Of a stretch of 64,000 bases of DNA, positions 1 to 12,317 are shown in pieces. Numbering within the stretch: position 1 is the stretch's first letter; every line of letters begins with the position of its first letter. Below the pieces are notes generated by a model. The model was given only the letters and a program-made list of their open reading frames with translations. It was not told where the DNA came from and did no database searches. Origin of the DNA: Carcharhinus longimanus (lineage: Eukaryota); NCBI GenBank assembly GCA_030264375.1, contig JASCQW010000081.1, positions 92,243,768 to 92,307,767 of the forward strand. Reading direction: 5' to 3'. Position numbers and translations under genes: made by a program.

Positions 1-430
1 GGCCGGCGATCATCAGTTACGTGCGTAGATTGAAGCGGGAGTGGGGCTGTTCGCTATCGAGAAGAGAAGAGTGGGAGGATATTTGGTAGAGGCATTCAAA
101 TTCCTGAGAGGGTTAAGTAATATATCGTTAAGGTGTCGATGATCAGAGGCAAATGATTAAAGTGACTTGTAATAGAAGCAATGGTATCACGAGAAACGTT
201 ATCTGTACACTGAATGGAGCTGATATAAAATGCTTTATCTGGGAGATTTGCGGAAACAAATTTGAACCTTTGCTTTCAAGCGCAAGTTAGATCACAATCA
301 GAATGCTGAAAACAGTGAAATATGTGGAAAGAACGTTGGCAATCACACCGGAGAATTTTTCTTGCAGAAAGCTGTCGCAGCTTTGACGTGTCAAATGCCT
401 CAGTCAATGCTATGAGTATTTGATTCGATT
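1..430 (+). mobile_element. Degraded CR1-type LINE 3' end
   Basis: Remnant coding GLFAIEKRRVGGYLVEAFKFL resembling the CR1 ORF2 C-terminus; decayed ctatga-type tail near 410-430. Confidence 0.6.
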
Positions 431-988
431 TGAGGCTTGCTTTAAAATAACGTTTGATTCAGGACCTCTTTCGAAGGCAAAATATTAGATGATGTCAGGC
501 TAGGACTGACGTCGTAAACTCTGCTTAAATGCCAGACTAGATTTTGCAATTTGCCATAAAGTTAATCCTGTTGAAATAGGCTCGTAGTGCTTACAAGATT
601 TTCCAGGCATAATTACTGCCGAAGTGTTACTGTTACTGTTAGTGCGACCTGCAACTCCACATTAGCTACAGCATGAGCTGTTTTATTTGCCTGTCACGTG
701 GCAATTTTATTTTGTAGCATCACTGACTCTTTTTGGTAGGCATTAAGACAACTGTACTTTGAAGGCGTTTCACTTTGCTCAACATTTCCGCATGTAAATA
801 CTGTGAAATACGGTCATACGCGGATGTTACAGAGATGGAATGCAACATGCTTTCTGCAGCAAACATTTCCTTTCACGTAATGGATTTCACGAGATTGTCA
901 GAATTCTCTTCTTGTCTTTTACCTCAATGACCTGTAACATTAAACAAGAAGGTTTCACGTAAAATGATTATCAGTCAAGATATTTTAC

Positions 989-1012
989 CTGTCACTTGTT
1001 TCATCTTCTCCA
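989..1012 (-). CDS. Microexon, 24 nt, VEKMKQVT
   Basis: tttgttttcaatttatcag|TGGAGAAGATGAAACAAGTGACAG|gtaaaa. Confidence 0.75.
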
Positions 1013-1140
1013 CTGATAAATTGAAAACAAATATGGACTAGAACGTGGGAATATGGAGTCGTCGGGAGTCATGAGAATTTTGCACATTATTGGGTAAGTT
1101 TAGCTCTGTGCAAATGTGCACAACTGGGAATGTTTAATTT

Positions 1141-1424
1141 CGTCTCATAGCGCCAGAGGCTCAAATTCGATTGCGGCCTCAGGTGTCGTCTCTGCGGAGT
1201 TTGTACATTCTTCCCGTGTCTGCAAAGGTTTCCTCCGGGTGCGCTAGTTTCTTCCTGCAGTCCAAACATCTGGACGTTAGTTGAATTGGTTATGCTAAAT
1301 TGCCCTTTAGTCCTAGGGAGATGAGCAGGCTGAATTATGGGGATAGGGGCTGGGTCGGATGTTGTCGGTGCAGGCTTGACGGGCCCAATGGCCTGTTTCT
1401 GCTCCGTAGGATTCTGTGATTCTA
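1141..1424 (+). mobile_element. HE1-type tRNA-derived SINE
   Basis: Core ggagtttgtacattcttcccgtgtctgc...tttcctccgggtg and tail aatggcctgtttctgctccgtaggattctgtgattcta. Confidence 0.85.
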
Positions 1425-1654
1425 CAACCCACCCCAACGATTTTCAGAACCCAAGAAAGATGTGGTGCTGAGTTGCAAGTGTCTCCGACAGAGGCAGCAA
1501 TATTGAGAACGGCACCAGCTGCATGAAAGGCATTACATCTTTCGAAGTCAGTCTCCTTAGAGCCTACAAACTCAATCTTCACGATGTAAACTCAAATTAA
1601 TAACACACCATGTCACCATAAAACAAAATACTACATGGTCATTGGGTACTTTAC

Positions 1655-1681
1655 CGAGTTGTTTTCGATATCTTTCGCTTT
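1655..1681 (-). CDS. Microexon, 27 nt, ESERYRKQL
   Basis: catccctttttttcag|AAAGCGAAAGATATCGAAAACAACTCG|gtaaag. Confidence 0.83.
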
Positions 1682-1829
1682 CTGAAAAAAAGGGATGTAA
1701 CACACAAGTTATAACGCGCCAAGGAAAGTTATGGGATTATAACTCATAACAGAAATGCAGAGTAAACTTAGCATCTGTGGAGAGAGTAACATAATTAATT
1801 TTTCATTTCCAAGTGACTTCTTCAGAATT

Positions 1830-4600
1830 GGGGAGTGATACATATTTCTCGTCCTTGCGCCATCAGCTAATAGGAATGTTTTCCTTGTCTAACCACCAAA
1901 TCTGTCGTAAATTTGTACATCACTATATTAAAAAAACTTCTCTCATTCATCTTTGTTCCAACGAGAACAAACCCAGCAACCCCAAGCATATCTTGCAGTT
2001 AAACCTACCCATTCATGGATCGATTCATTGTAGATCATAAATTCTTACTTAAGAATACTCACCAATCTAGATATTATGCTCTCGTGGTGGCATAACTGAA
2101 CATTTATAAAGCTGATACTTCTGTCCTTTGTACCCAATGCTTCCTAATTGTTGGCACAAGGAAGGCCAGACAACGGGAAACGAAACTGTCGGACGTCTCC
2201 TTCGAGACTTAATCACTTAATTCGGCCCATCAAGTCTGGACAAACTCTCTGACAGCATATTACCCAGGTCCTATCCCTGTATCCATACTTACTTACCCAA
2301 CTAATCCCCCTATACTTCACATTCTGGGGCACTCAGAGGTAACTTATAATTAAAAGAAAAGACACGTAATATGCATATTGTTGGACCATAGGAGGAGACA
2401 GAGCACCCGGAAGAAATCCACGCAGACACGGGGATAATGTCCAAACTACCCACAGATGGTCAATCTAGATCACTGGCGCTATGACGCTACCCACCGTGAC
2501 ACTGTGCCTGCCCTTTGAACGGTGAAAGAGAGCAGTCGGTGTTTGACTGGTCGTAAGCTCTTGGCTGAGGAATATTGCACAACTGAGAAATCGAGGAGGA
2601 AATTGCCGAAGTTTGAGCGGGAACTCCGATATTTGGGTGCAGATTCTGTAAGTGGGACTTCATTTCAATGGGGCCAGTCCCACTACAATGAATGTAAAAT
2701 TCCATCCACTGCGTGAAACCCAAGATTCCATTTAGTTTTGTCTGCCACTCGATCGATATATCCTCCGACCTTCAAAAGTCAAGGAACATTATATTCCAGA
2801 CCCCTGTCTGCACTCACTATTTTGAATAATGCCATTAAAGCTTACTTCTTCTTTGCACTTCTGCCACCGAAGTGCATCATCTCACTCATGTTAAACTCAA
2901 TCTATCACTTCGCTGTTGTGGTCTGTTGGTATCACACTTGCTGTTTGTCACCCTTCCAAGTCTGGTATCATCGTTAAATTGTGAAGATTTTCTCTACATT
3001 CCAAAACAATTGCTGCCCTCAATTCAAGTCTTTCATCCAATAGGACACCAAACTTCATGTTCTCGAGTAGAAATGTTGTTAATTAATCTTTTATGCAGCA
3101 CTTTGATGAAGAATTCCATCAATCCATATAGACGGTAATTTCAATTGCTTTATCAACATTGAATGTTACGTCACAAAACCTTAAATAGATAAGGCGAGAA
3201 CTATCTGTCTTTTACATATCCATTCTCGCTAGACTTCCTCGAATTTAAGCTCTCCACCAAATATTATTTCTTAAACCTTGACCAAGGCAGGAATTAAACT
3301 AATTGGCCTGCAATTGCAATAACTGACCTGACATTCTTTCGTAATAACACTGTCACGTTTTCCCTTCTCCAATTCCTCTTGCTGCCAGTATGTCATCGGA
3401 TTCTTTTTAATTGCTCGACATACATTTCATTAGGTATGCTAGACTTTCCATACGCTTATCAGCACATCATATACTCTTTGTAGGACGAGGATGTACTCCA
3501 CCTCTAATTGCATTTTTCGACATCAGGTGTCGTCTGAGTTGAGGTTGACTTGCCTGTACACTAAAATCGTGTTCTGAAGTCACTGGGGGATCTAATGTAC
3601 GACATGAAGTGCGACATGTGGGCCAAACAACGCTTGGAGGTGTGGAGCTGTGAGAGCGTGTAGTGACTGGATTTCAACGTACTCATTATATACGTTTTAC
3701 TTCACACCACATTCTGTTATATTTGGCGTGACGGTCGCTTGTAATTCAATTCAACTACATGCCTTTTGTGCATTCTTTTCAGTTTTCATTTCATCATTTA
3801 TCTCAGTCATTGCCCATGCAACAGTGGTCTTGCTTCCATTATCCTTTTCCCTTATTGAGATACGTCCAGAATATACTTTAATCATTTTCTTAAAGTTCAC
3901 CCATTGCCCATTATTTTTCCGGTAACTCTAAATTTCCACGTTGCCCTGGTTAGATCCCTCCTCATCTAATAGAAATTAACCCTCTTCCATCATTAAATTA
4001 TTCCTTGCTCTTCTGCATTATTCGCTTCAACCACATGAATCGATAATAATTGTTACCATTTCCCCTCTCAGGGTGTTGCCCTCTAGAGTTCTCCATAATT
4101 GGAAACTGCATGCCTCTTTTTACATTTAGAATATACAGTTTTAGGAAGTTAGAGAATCCACCGTTTGGCTGGGTGAATTCAGGACCTGCTTAATGGTGAC
4201 CCTTATAATTCACTAAATTCATTCGTGGCATGTTTTCCGTAATCCGCTTTTTGTACTCCTCATTGTCCTTTTTAGACCACTCCTAAATTGAAGCAACTTC
4301 ACTCCAATATTCTTATTTCATGTTACTTATTCTTGTTTTCCACCTTTTTCTGGCGGCGCTTTTTCTGTGCCCATTAGTTGAACCCTCACACTAGCCACAC
4401 GCCTTGCGTAGTCATTAATCACTGTCCTGTTGAGCAAGAAACGTCTCTTTCTGAAGAGTTGTCCTCTTCATCAGAACACGTACCCCTGCCCCAAGAATTT
4501 AAAGCACTGCCTCCTCTGGTGCCATTCAATGATCCTCCCTAATTTCCCATTTCTATGCAGCAATAAGTACCCCAACGTTTACTACCTTTTTTGGTCTAAT
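1830..4600 (-). mobile_element. Heavily decayed CR1-type LINE, interrupted by a SINE
   Basis: Scattered antisense RT/endonuclease remnants, e.g. aaactaattggcctgcaatt (NxRPISL) near 3300; many stops and indels. Confidence 0.5.
2215..2513 (-). mobile_element. HE1-type SINE
   Basis: gagcacccggaagaaatccacgcagacacgggg is the reverse HE1 core. Confidence 0.8.
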
Positions 4601-5022
4601 ATTTGAAACGTTTTCGATACAAAATAAAAGATACAATCATTAACGGAATGAAGAACAACACTTGAAATTGGTAGGGTAGTTTGAAATGGCCAAACTATCA
4701 CATGGTATTATGGGCATTGAATGAAGAAAAAGAACATAAAAATAGGAAGTTTGTGACGAATTATTATATTTTTTCCTAATTTCTTCAGCTGGGACATGGT
4801 ATCCAGTCCTGATAAATAAGCATAGCCATGATATGAGCATAAGATAGAGGACACAGAAAAGATTTCTGAATTTTTTTCCAGAAATGAGACACATGGATTG
4901 AATGGAAATACTGGCATACTTTTAAGGAGGACAAAAAAGACATTTCTTAATGGTCTTCATAACAGCGTATGGTTTGGATAGAGCAAATAGTGAAAAATTC
5001 TCCCCAGTGGCTGTCGGACCAA

Positions 5023-5184
5023 GATGTGGAGATGCCGGCGTTGGACTGGGGTAAACATAAAAAGAAGTCTGACAACGCCAGGTTTAAGTCCAACCGATTT
5101 ATTTGATAGTAAATCAAATCTATCAAATTTACTATCAAATAAATCGGTTGGACTTAAACCTGGTGTTGTCAGACTTCTTACTGA
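5023..5184. mobile_element. Penelope-like element end in fold-back arrangement
   Basis: 53-bp inverted arms 5062-5114 and 5127-5179 (1 mismatch); 13-bp direct repeat gtcggaccaagat at 5013-5025 and 5185-5197; same family as 20442, 27624, 44645, 49408 and 61794. Confidence 0.75.
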
Positions 5185-5863
5185 GTCGGACCAAGATCCA
5201 GTCGACGCCAATGTTAGGTGATTGGCAAAAAAAAGGCAAACAACAGCAACAGAAAAATTACACACTGATTTGAAATACACTAACGGAGAACGTGGCAGAG
5301 AATTATATCATCATCGCTTGAGAAGGATTGTTCGAAAAGGAAATTGGATAAGCAACTGAAGAGAAAGAAAAACAAATAAATATACCTTTCTGGCCGCAGA
5401 GGGAAAGGAAAATGTTGCAAATCACTTGCAAGGAGGCGACAAAGACAAGGTGGCAGTATGATCTATTATAGTATTATAACTTCGTTTTGATTCTATGGTT
5501 CTAACAGGCTCACATAAATGCTGCAATCATCCTAGATTAATAGGAATGGACATTCACAACTTCCCACTTTTATTCGCTGTTGTGAGATAGATGTGGTGCA
5601 CGATGGAAGAATAGTTAAATACACCATCCGAAAAATTAGAGGTTGACCAATGCACATTAATTCATTCTACTTTTCGTTTGGTCTTTTCCAATGCCCTTCT
5701 ATGGACTGGTTGGTTCGCTTATGGTGACCAGAAAATGGCTTAGTGAGACATCGTACATATAACCCAAATCAATCAGCACGATTGTATGCCATATATGTAA
5801 GAGATCATGTCAGAGTGCCGAACAGATGTTAAAACATATGTAAAAAAGAAACCCGCTCCTTAC

Positions 5864-5899
5864 CACTGTTAGCTGATTCTCTCTTGACTCTTACTTTTT
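5864..5899 (-). CDS. Microexon, 36 nt, EKVRVKRESANS
   Basis: tttgttatttattttag|AAAAAGTAAGAGTCAAGAGAGAATCAGCTAACAGTG|gtaagg. Confidence 0.85.
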
Positions 5900-6743
5900 C
5901 TAAAATAAATAACAAATATTCATTCATCTATTGTATCTGACAACATGAATTACTGTTGACCTCCACTAAATTTTCTCTGATATCTTGCACCGCATTGTTG
6001 AAGCACGGCATAAACAATCGTTAACACTGTTCCTTAACGATTTCAACACCTCTTCCAGCTTGAATTATACTTGGTATACAGTGGTAGTTCAGCAGAATGT
6101 CAACGGCCATGATGATTTTTAACTTTCGCGTTTTGAAATTGAAATTGAATTATTATTTTTTATTTATTGAGGAGTGGATTCACTTTCGATGTTAGCATGC
6201 TCAAAATTGACAAGTTGAAATACTAACACTTTCTCATCATGTCCCGCCAATAAATTAGGCGCAACTTCCGAAATTCAAACTAGCAACTGCATCTTCTGCG
6301 CCATCTCAAAAGTGAGCCGCGACTTCTGCAGTAGCACGTTCCTTCATGTGCTGTAAGCAGAGGTACTTTTAACTTTTGCTTGTAGTGTTAAGCTATTGTC
6401 ATCAGATTTCCCTGTCGTGAAACACAATTTCTAGTTTCCTTGCCCATTGGCTTTAGCTGTTCCTTGCTTTTTCGCACATTAGAGACCTCAGGAAAATAAA
6501 GGTGGATGGGGTGTAACAAGAGAGTGTATATACAGATATAATAAAACAATGGTAGCCACTGAAGTTTCTTTCACGTTCTATCTATGTTAGCTTGTCCAAG
6601 TGTCCATGCAATAATTGAAATAATAAAATGCATCGCTAAATATTCAGAATGTCCCATTCGTGTACAAAGGAAAACTAGCTACCAGGATCGGGTATGTATA
6701 CGCTTGGAGCACCTGCTTGCATGACAACGAGCTTGGTAGTCCA

Positions 6744-6805
6744 GCAGGTTAAATCAATGCGTGGAAAATAACACCTGCAGGCTAAATCAATGTGTGGAAA
6801 ATAAC
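6744..6805. repeat. Two-copy tandem duplication, period 33 bp
   Basis: gcaggttaaatcaatgcgtggaaaataac and gcaggctaaatcaatgtgtggaaaataac. Confidence 0.85.
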
Positions 6806-7235
6806 GCAGTTGATGATTTATGTTCTGGCAGCGTCTGAGTGAAATCTGGTCAGAACAAACAGGAAACCACATGCCGCTGATGTTGTCAATTCTCAGATTT
6901 GTCAAAACGTTTAAAATCGAAATCATGACTGCAATATTTTCCTTCTTTTTAAAGTCAACATCCGCGCCGTTTATGCTTTCAGAGGGGCCACGTCTTCTAC
7001 CAGGCCTCCCGATTAACTCCCACAGTGAGGCTTAATCACACACCGTTTGTAAAATCATGGAAAAGGAGCAGAAAAATCATTGCACGTGGATAGCTCATTA
7101 AAAAAAACACATATCAGAGTTGATCAAGTGGGCTCTATTCTGCTCTGCAACGCTATGATTCTGTTCGATTTGTGAACGTGTTACCGCTCATCTGCAAACA
7201 CCACTGATTTTACTTCCACATCATTTTTCTGTCAC

Positions 7236-7268
7236 CTTCAGTTGTGGATCGCTTTAATCTGTTCAAAT
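7236..7268 (-). CDS. Microexon, 33 nt, DLNRLKRSTTE
   Basis: gattttccttcacag|ATTTGAACAGATTAAAGCGATCCACAACTGAAG|gtgaca. Confidence 0.78.
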
Positions 7269-8396
7269 CTGTGAAGGAAAATCGGTTAGATTTCACAAGT
7301 CACAGCAAGGACATTTTGAATACAAAATGTATATATTTTCTTCCCTTTTTTATGATGGAATGTAATCTTTCACTGTCGTTTATAACTAGTTCAAAATTAT
7401 ACATGGATTGATTTTCAGTATTTTCAATTATGATCGAGGTTGTAGTCCCATTGGAGAAGTTGGAAAACGACAAACGTTTCCTTCAGTCATTCTACACTGA
7501 AAATAGCAGTAACTCACAGCGACGACAAATTTAAGTTAACAGGTAAAAAAGAAAACTAGATCTGGTGAGTAGATGTTGGCTTTAACGTCGTCCGCCCCAT
7601 CCGACGCTTGCATTTTTGCAAACTTAAGCTTTAGACAATACTGCAGCCCGTAAAATTAATGTTCATGCCGAGTGACTTGATGCAGGAAACTGACTTTGAC
7701 CCTATTGAAAATGTTCCGAATACATATACACCTAAAGAAAGAATGACATTAGCACCTTCGTCAAAATTATAATGTCATACAGAAATTATGTTCAGTAGTG
7801 GCTTGCCTGTCTAAGTTTTGTTTTTAATATACAGCATTTGTAGCCGCATTCAGAAAATCTGCAGCTGAATGCTTTGCAACAGGTTGTGCATCGTTTCATT
7901 GCTGAGATTTTCAAATCGTACAGCCAGTGTGTTTTTACCGAATGATGCAATGCAATTCTGGGATTTATTTTCGTTAATTGCAAGGTTGCGAAATGTGTAT
8001 GGCATTGAGAACAGCGAGGTAGATTTTCAACGCAGGTTTTGGCATTAAAGAGCCCACTTGTACTGGGCAGATTTTGAACTTCGCTTGTTGAGGCCGTTCT
8101 TTCTCCGTCCACACCTCGGAGAGATTGAAGCATTCCTCACCTCAGTCTCAAATTGGCACCCTTCATTCTAAACAATTTAATTCAGTATGCAACAACACGT
8201 GAAGTATTTGAAAACAAGAAGTTAAACCTTTGCAATATAGACGGAGTTGAGCATATCTGTACTAAATATTGTCATCTGCTGTACAACATATTTAAAACAA
8301 TTGAAACATAAGCCATAATTAAATGAGTAAATAAGATTCTGAACTAAAGTGAAAATTACAGGAATATATTAGCTTACTGCGCGTTATAATATTTAC

Positions 8397-8423
8397 CAGC
8401 TTCTTTCTCATTAAGTTTTCTTT
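8397..8423 (-). CDS. Microexon, 27 nt, ERKLNEKEA
   Basis: tcattttcattaacag|AAAGAAAACTTAATGAGAAAGAAGCTG|gtaaat. Confidence 0.85.
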
Positions 8424-8629
8424 CTGTTAATGAAAATGATTCCAGAAACATCTATAAATAATGCATCCGTGCTCATGATCGTAATGAAAACAAAACCAAA
8501 TAACAAATAAATTGAACCTTGATTACTTGATATCCGGTAAATAAAAATAGTTACCGTATTTTAAGGAAGGTAAATGACAACAGAAATATTTCTTTTGGAG
8601 CATTATTTCAAATACTGTTATCTCGGTAC

Positions 8630-8665
8630 CTGCAAGTGAGAGGTTTCGTTCGGAAATACTGAGTT
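8630..8665 (-). CDS. Microexon, 36 nt, ELSISERNLSLA
   Basis: ggttttgtttttcag|AACTCAGTATTTCCGAACGAAACCTCTCACTTGCAG|gtaccg. Confidence 0.83.
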
Positions 8666-10855
8666 CTGAAAAACAAAACCGTGGTTATTGAAATGCTTTC
8701 CACTTCCAAATGCCTAAATATCCGTCCTTCCTTTATCAAAATTATGCAAGCTCAAAATGATAACTATTTGTTTTCTGTTGCAGCACAAGCAGTTTCTTGG
8801 TAGAATACTCAGTGCCGGTATCAAAGTAAGCATTACGGACTAATTATAAACAATTTTGCTCAGGCATAATGCCCCAGTTCCATTGTAATTATTAAATGAT
8901 TACATAACGTATTGAACTAATTTGAGGTGTTTGGAAAAAAAAACATAAATATATGTTTCTTTTTCTCCTCAGGAAAGGGTCATCACTACGCGTGCAGCTA
9001 CCAATAGCCCATGGTTAGGTCTTCATTCTGTATCACCTGCAAATTTTCGTCATAACATATTGATGGAAGAGAGCGAATCCTGAGTTCAATGGTAGGGAAT
9101 CCAATCAGCCAATACTTGAAAAAAAACACGATCGAAGTTCCTGATTAATTTTCGCTGATGCCTACTGAAGACAATAGTTAATATTCCATCACACTGTTTC
9201 AGTCAACATTATTATGAGGTTTTCAGTCGCCTAGAGAATAGACAGTCAAAATATACGGATCTGAAAAAATACAATGCCGTTTGCCTTCTTGAAGGAGCAG
9301 CAATAAATCAGCTAGGACTTCAAAATAATCTCGAAACATTTAAATGTATTCTCAGGCACTAGTCGATTATTACAACTTTTGTGTAAAGTAATACATTTTC
9401 TCATACAAAAACAGACAATGTTGGATAAGCTCAGGCGGTCTGATAGTATCCATGGAGAGAAACAGAGTTAGTATTTCGAATCTAAATGATCATTCTAAAG
9501 AACTGAAGAAAGTCACTAACATATAGGAGTATGTAATTGGAAACAGGGCAAAAGAAGTGGGGCAGAATAGAAGACCAGGTATAGGTCAAGGTGGAGGAGA
9601 TGTCATCAAATTTGTTATTGACGTAAAACAAAGTGGAGGTTCAATGGGGATATTAGGGGATTTTTAGCGCAGCACACAGGGTGACTGGTAATGCCTAAAG
9701 TTTAATTGATACAAGACTCACAAGGCAGGTATCGCGGTATAAAAATGTATCTTTATTTCAAGCAGCGGCTGCCAGGAGTTCATCAAATGATTAAGTAGAT
9801 TTGACATATAGCAGCAAAAGTTCTCCGATGAATCTGACAGTTAGTATCAAAAATAGATCAATTACAGCTTTTTCTTATCAACCAGTCCTGCCGTTCAATA
9901 AGTTTAAATTAATCATCTTCAAGGTGCACAATTCAAAAATAATAGCTGACGAAAACTCTGGCCAATCGCATTCTAATCCTCAACATAACGGTATTTTACT
10001 AAAATCCAGAAGCTGGCACCTATCTTAGCTGACCCCACACCCTGTTTGCTTAATAGCCGCAGACGCCCCGCCCAGAGTTCAAATAAACATTCTCAGATTC
10101 CCTCTAAGGTCATTGTCCCGTCAGACTAACTCATGATACTATGCTTGAGCACCAGTGCATCTCGTCCGAACAGTGAATAAATCCTGTCCATGAAAGATGA
10201 TTAAATATTCTCAGCGTTCTTTCCAGCTGAAACTTTACCAGATAAAAATTTCATATTTCCAAACCCCAAATTTTCTCTTGAAATATGGCTTTGCCACATT
10301 GCCATGTACCATGATGCCTTGCAGTAAACTGCCTTTGGCCAAAGCGAATCAATAATAAAACATTCAAAGTATCAGCACATGTGTTTTGCAAACATAATCA
10401 CTCATTTAAATTAATCACGGCATCGCATATGAGTACATTACTCTTGTTACTTATTTTTAAAGTAATTCAGTTTAATGCTACCAGTGCCTTAACATTTACT
10501 GAATTAAAAATCATACCACTCATTCGAAGTTCGACATGCAGGAATGAAAAGCGTCAATTGCTGCAAAAGATGGGCAGCAGAATTTGATATTGGGAGGAAA
10601 TGAACAACCGGGGAAGGCAGCTAAGTGGAGGAGGGTGGGGTTGTACTGGGGCAAGTCAGGGAGCTGAAAACAAACTGAAAACAAATCACAAAACAGGAAA
10701 GTTGTCATTATGAAGGGGCAGTTAACTGCCTAAAGATTTTCAACTCATTGTTGAGACCAGAGGGCTTTAACGTGCCTAATCGGAAGATAACATGCTGTTC
10801 TTCCAGTTTGCGTTGAGCATCACTGGAGAATTGCAGCATGCCAACGAAAGACTAA

Positions 10856-11128
10856 GGGCACCACGGCGGCACGGGATAGCACTGCTGTCTCACAGCATCT
10901 GGTACCTGGGTTCGATTCCTGGCGTGGGTTATTTACATGTGCCTGCATTGCTTTCCTCCGGGTGATCTGGTTTCCTCCCTCAGACATGCTGGCTGAATTT
11001 GTTGGCTTCTTTAAATTCTCTCTCAGTGTAACCAAGCCGGCAATGGACTGTGGCGACTAGCGGATTTTCACAGTACCTTCTTTGAACTCTTAATGTAAAC
11101 CTACTTGTGTTACTAATCAATAAATAAG
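10856..11128 (+). mobile_element. tRNA-derived SINE with HE1-like head and alternative tail
   Basis: Head ggcacgggatagcactgctgtctcacagc, B-box gggttcgattcc, tail gactagcggattttcacagta...ctacttgtgttactaatcaataaa. Confidence 0.8.
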
Positions 11129-11139
11129 CGTTAATTGGG

Positions 11140-11582
11140 CATGTGGGCTTGATAGCAAGATATTGTTGTTCGTCCATCGTCATTGATGACGACCTTGACA
11201 CCATTAGTCATTTTGAGGCTGGATGCGGTGTGTCCGAAGACGACTGGCCAGGCCAATTGGGGCACGGAATTTCCTGGCACATATTGGTCAGACTTGTGTA
11301 GACACTGTAGGTGTTGCGCTGTTGGTTTTGGACTTGCGCAGCTCGCACTTAAGTTGTTCTTAGGCAAAGCAACTTGCTTCGTAAGCTTGACAGCCCTTGT
11401 TAACGAGGCAGCGTCAGATAGGGCGGTTTTGTGCCAGCGTTTCCCAGGTGGTCGTGTCTATGTCCAGCGACTTCAGGGTGGCCTTGAGTGTGTCTTTGAA
11501 ACGTTTCTTCTGCCCTTCATGCGAGCGTCTTCCAGCAAAGTACAGAGTCGAAGTATAGCGACTGGAGGTTTGAGGTCTTCTT
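11140..11582 (-). mobile_element. RTE-clade LINE 3' end
   Basis: GRRSHEGQKKRFKDTLKATLKSLDIDTTTWETLAQNR matches the RTE ORF C-terminal motif; downstream ICARKFRAPIGLASRLRTH and tail gatggacgaacaacaa. Confidence 0.8.
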
Positions 11583-12290
11583 GAGGGTGGAGCAAAACCA
11601 TCACTCAGATTAGATTTAGTCCCACCTATGGAGGAGAGACGATAATGAATGCGGCAAGTACGGAAGAGCAATTTGAAGGATGTGCAAGTGAAATGCTGCT
11701 TCACCAGGAAGGAATATTTTCGTCGTTGAATATTGAGGAGGGAGACGTTAAATATATAGGTATTGCGCCTATTGCAATTGCAGGGAANNNNNNNNNNNNN
11801 NNNNNNNNNNNNNNNNNNNNNNNNNNNNNNNNNNNNNNNNNNNNNNNNNNNNNNNNNNNNNNNNNNNNNNNNNNNNNNNNNNNNNNNNNNNNNNNNNNNN
11901 NNNNNNNNNNNNNNNNNNNNNNNNNNNNNNNNNNNNNNNNNNNNNNNNNNNNNNNNNNNNNNNNNNNNNNNNNNNNNNNNNNNNNNNNNNNNNNNNNNNT
12001 GGTTTTCTCAGAAATGGCGGAGGAGTGCACCTGCTGTGTTACATCAGCGTTTTTTAAGTTTTAGATTTCCAGTATCCACAGCATTTTGCTTTTATAATGT
12101 TGCTGTAAAATGTTTGTCCGCCATTTGTGCTAGATTCTTCCCATAACGGCGAGGCGTTGAACACATCTTTCCCAGATGTTTGCATTATATTAAATGCTAC
12201 ATAAGCAAGATTCAAGTTCCGATTTGGGGAAATCAGTTTTCAACAGTAATAGAAACGGTTATGTAAAGTGACACATTTTCAAACGTTTAC

Positions 12291-12317
12291 CGTTTTCTTT
12301 GTCTTTCAGAAGTTTTT
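12291..12317 (-). CDS. Microexon, 27 nt, EKLLKDKEN
   Basis: catcttttcctcaacag|AAAAACTTCTGAAAGACAAAGAAAACG|gtaaac. Confidence 0.85.

Larger units (their letters stand above)
10742..11787 (-). mobile_element. Penelope-like retroelement GIY-YIG endonuclease remnant, split by SINE and RTE insertions
   Basis: About 11590-11787 encodes CNRRN...SFLVKQHFTCTSFKLLFRTCRIHYRLSSIGGTKSNLSDGFA (decayed GIY-YIG core); 10742-10843 encodes GMLQFSSDAQRKLEEQHVIFRLGTLKPSGLNNEL, the typical PLE endonuclease C-terminus; a probable tail lies near 9410-9510. Confidence 0.75.

Noticed and set aside
923-931. 9-nt or terminal exon GTCATTGAG after the last microexon
   Set aside because: The intron would be only 57 nt, below the usual vertebrate minimum.
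4640-4894. ORF resembling a type II membrane anchor
   Set aside because: No supporting splice sites or downstream domain; hydrophobic runs are expected in AT-rich DNA.
5864-7268. TNF-superfamily stalk exons (furin motifs, phase 1)
   Set aside because: No TNF homology domain exon found, and the exons belong to a much longer coiled-coil series.
7844-7945. Plus-strand cytokine-like helical exon (PHSENLQLNALQQVVHRFIAEIF)
   Set aside because: No signal-peptide exon or consistent partner exons; similarity is impressionistic.
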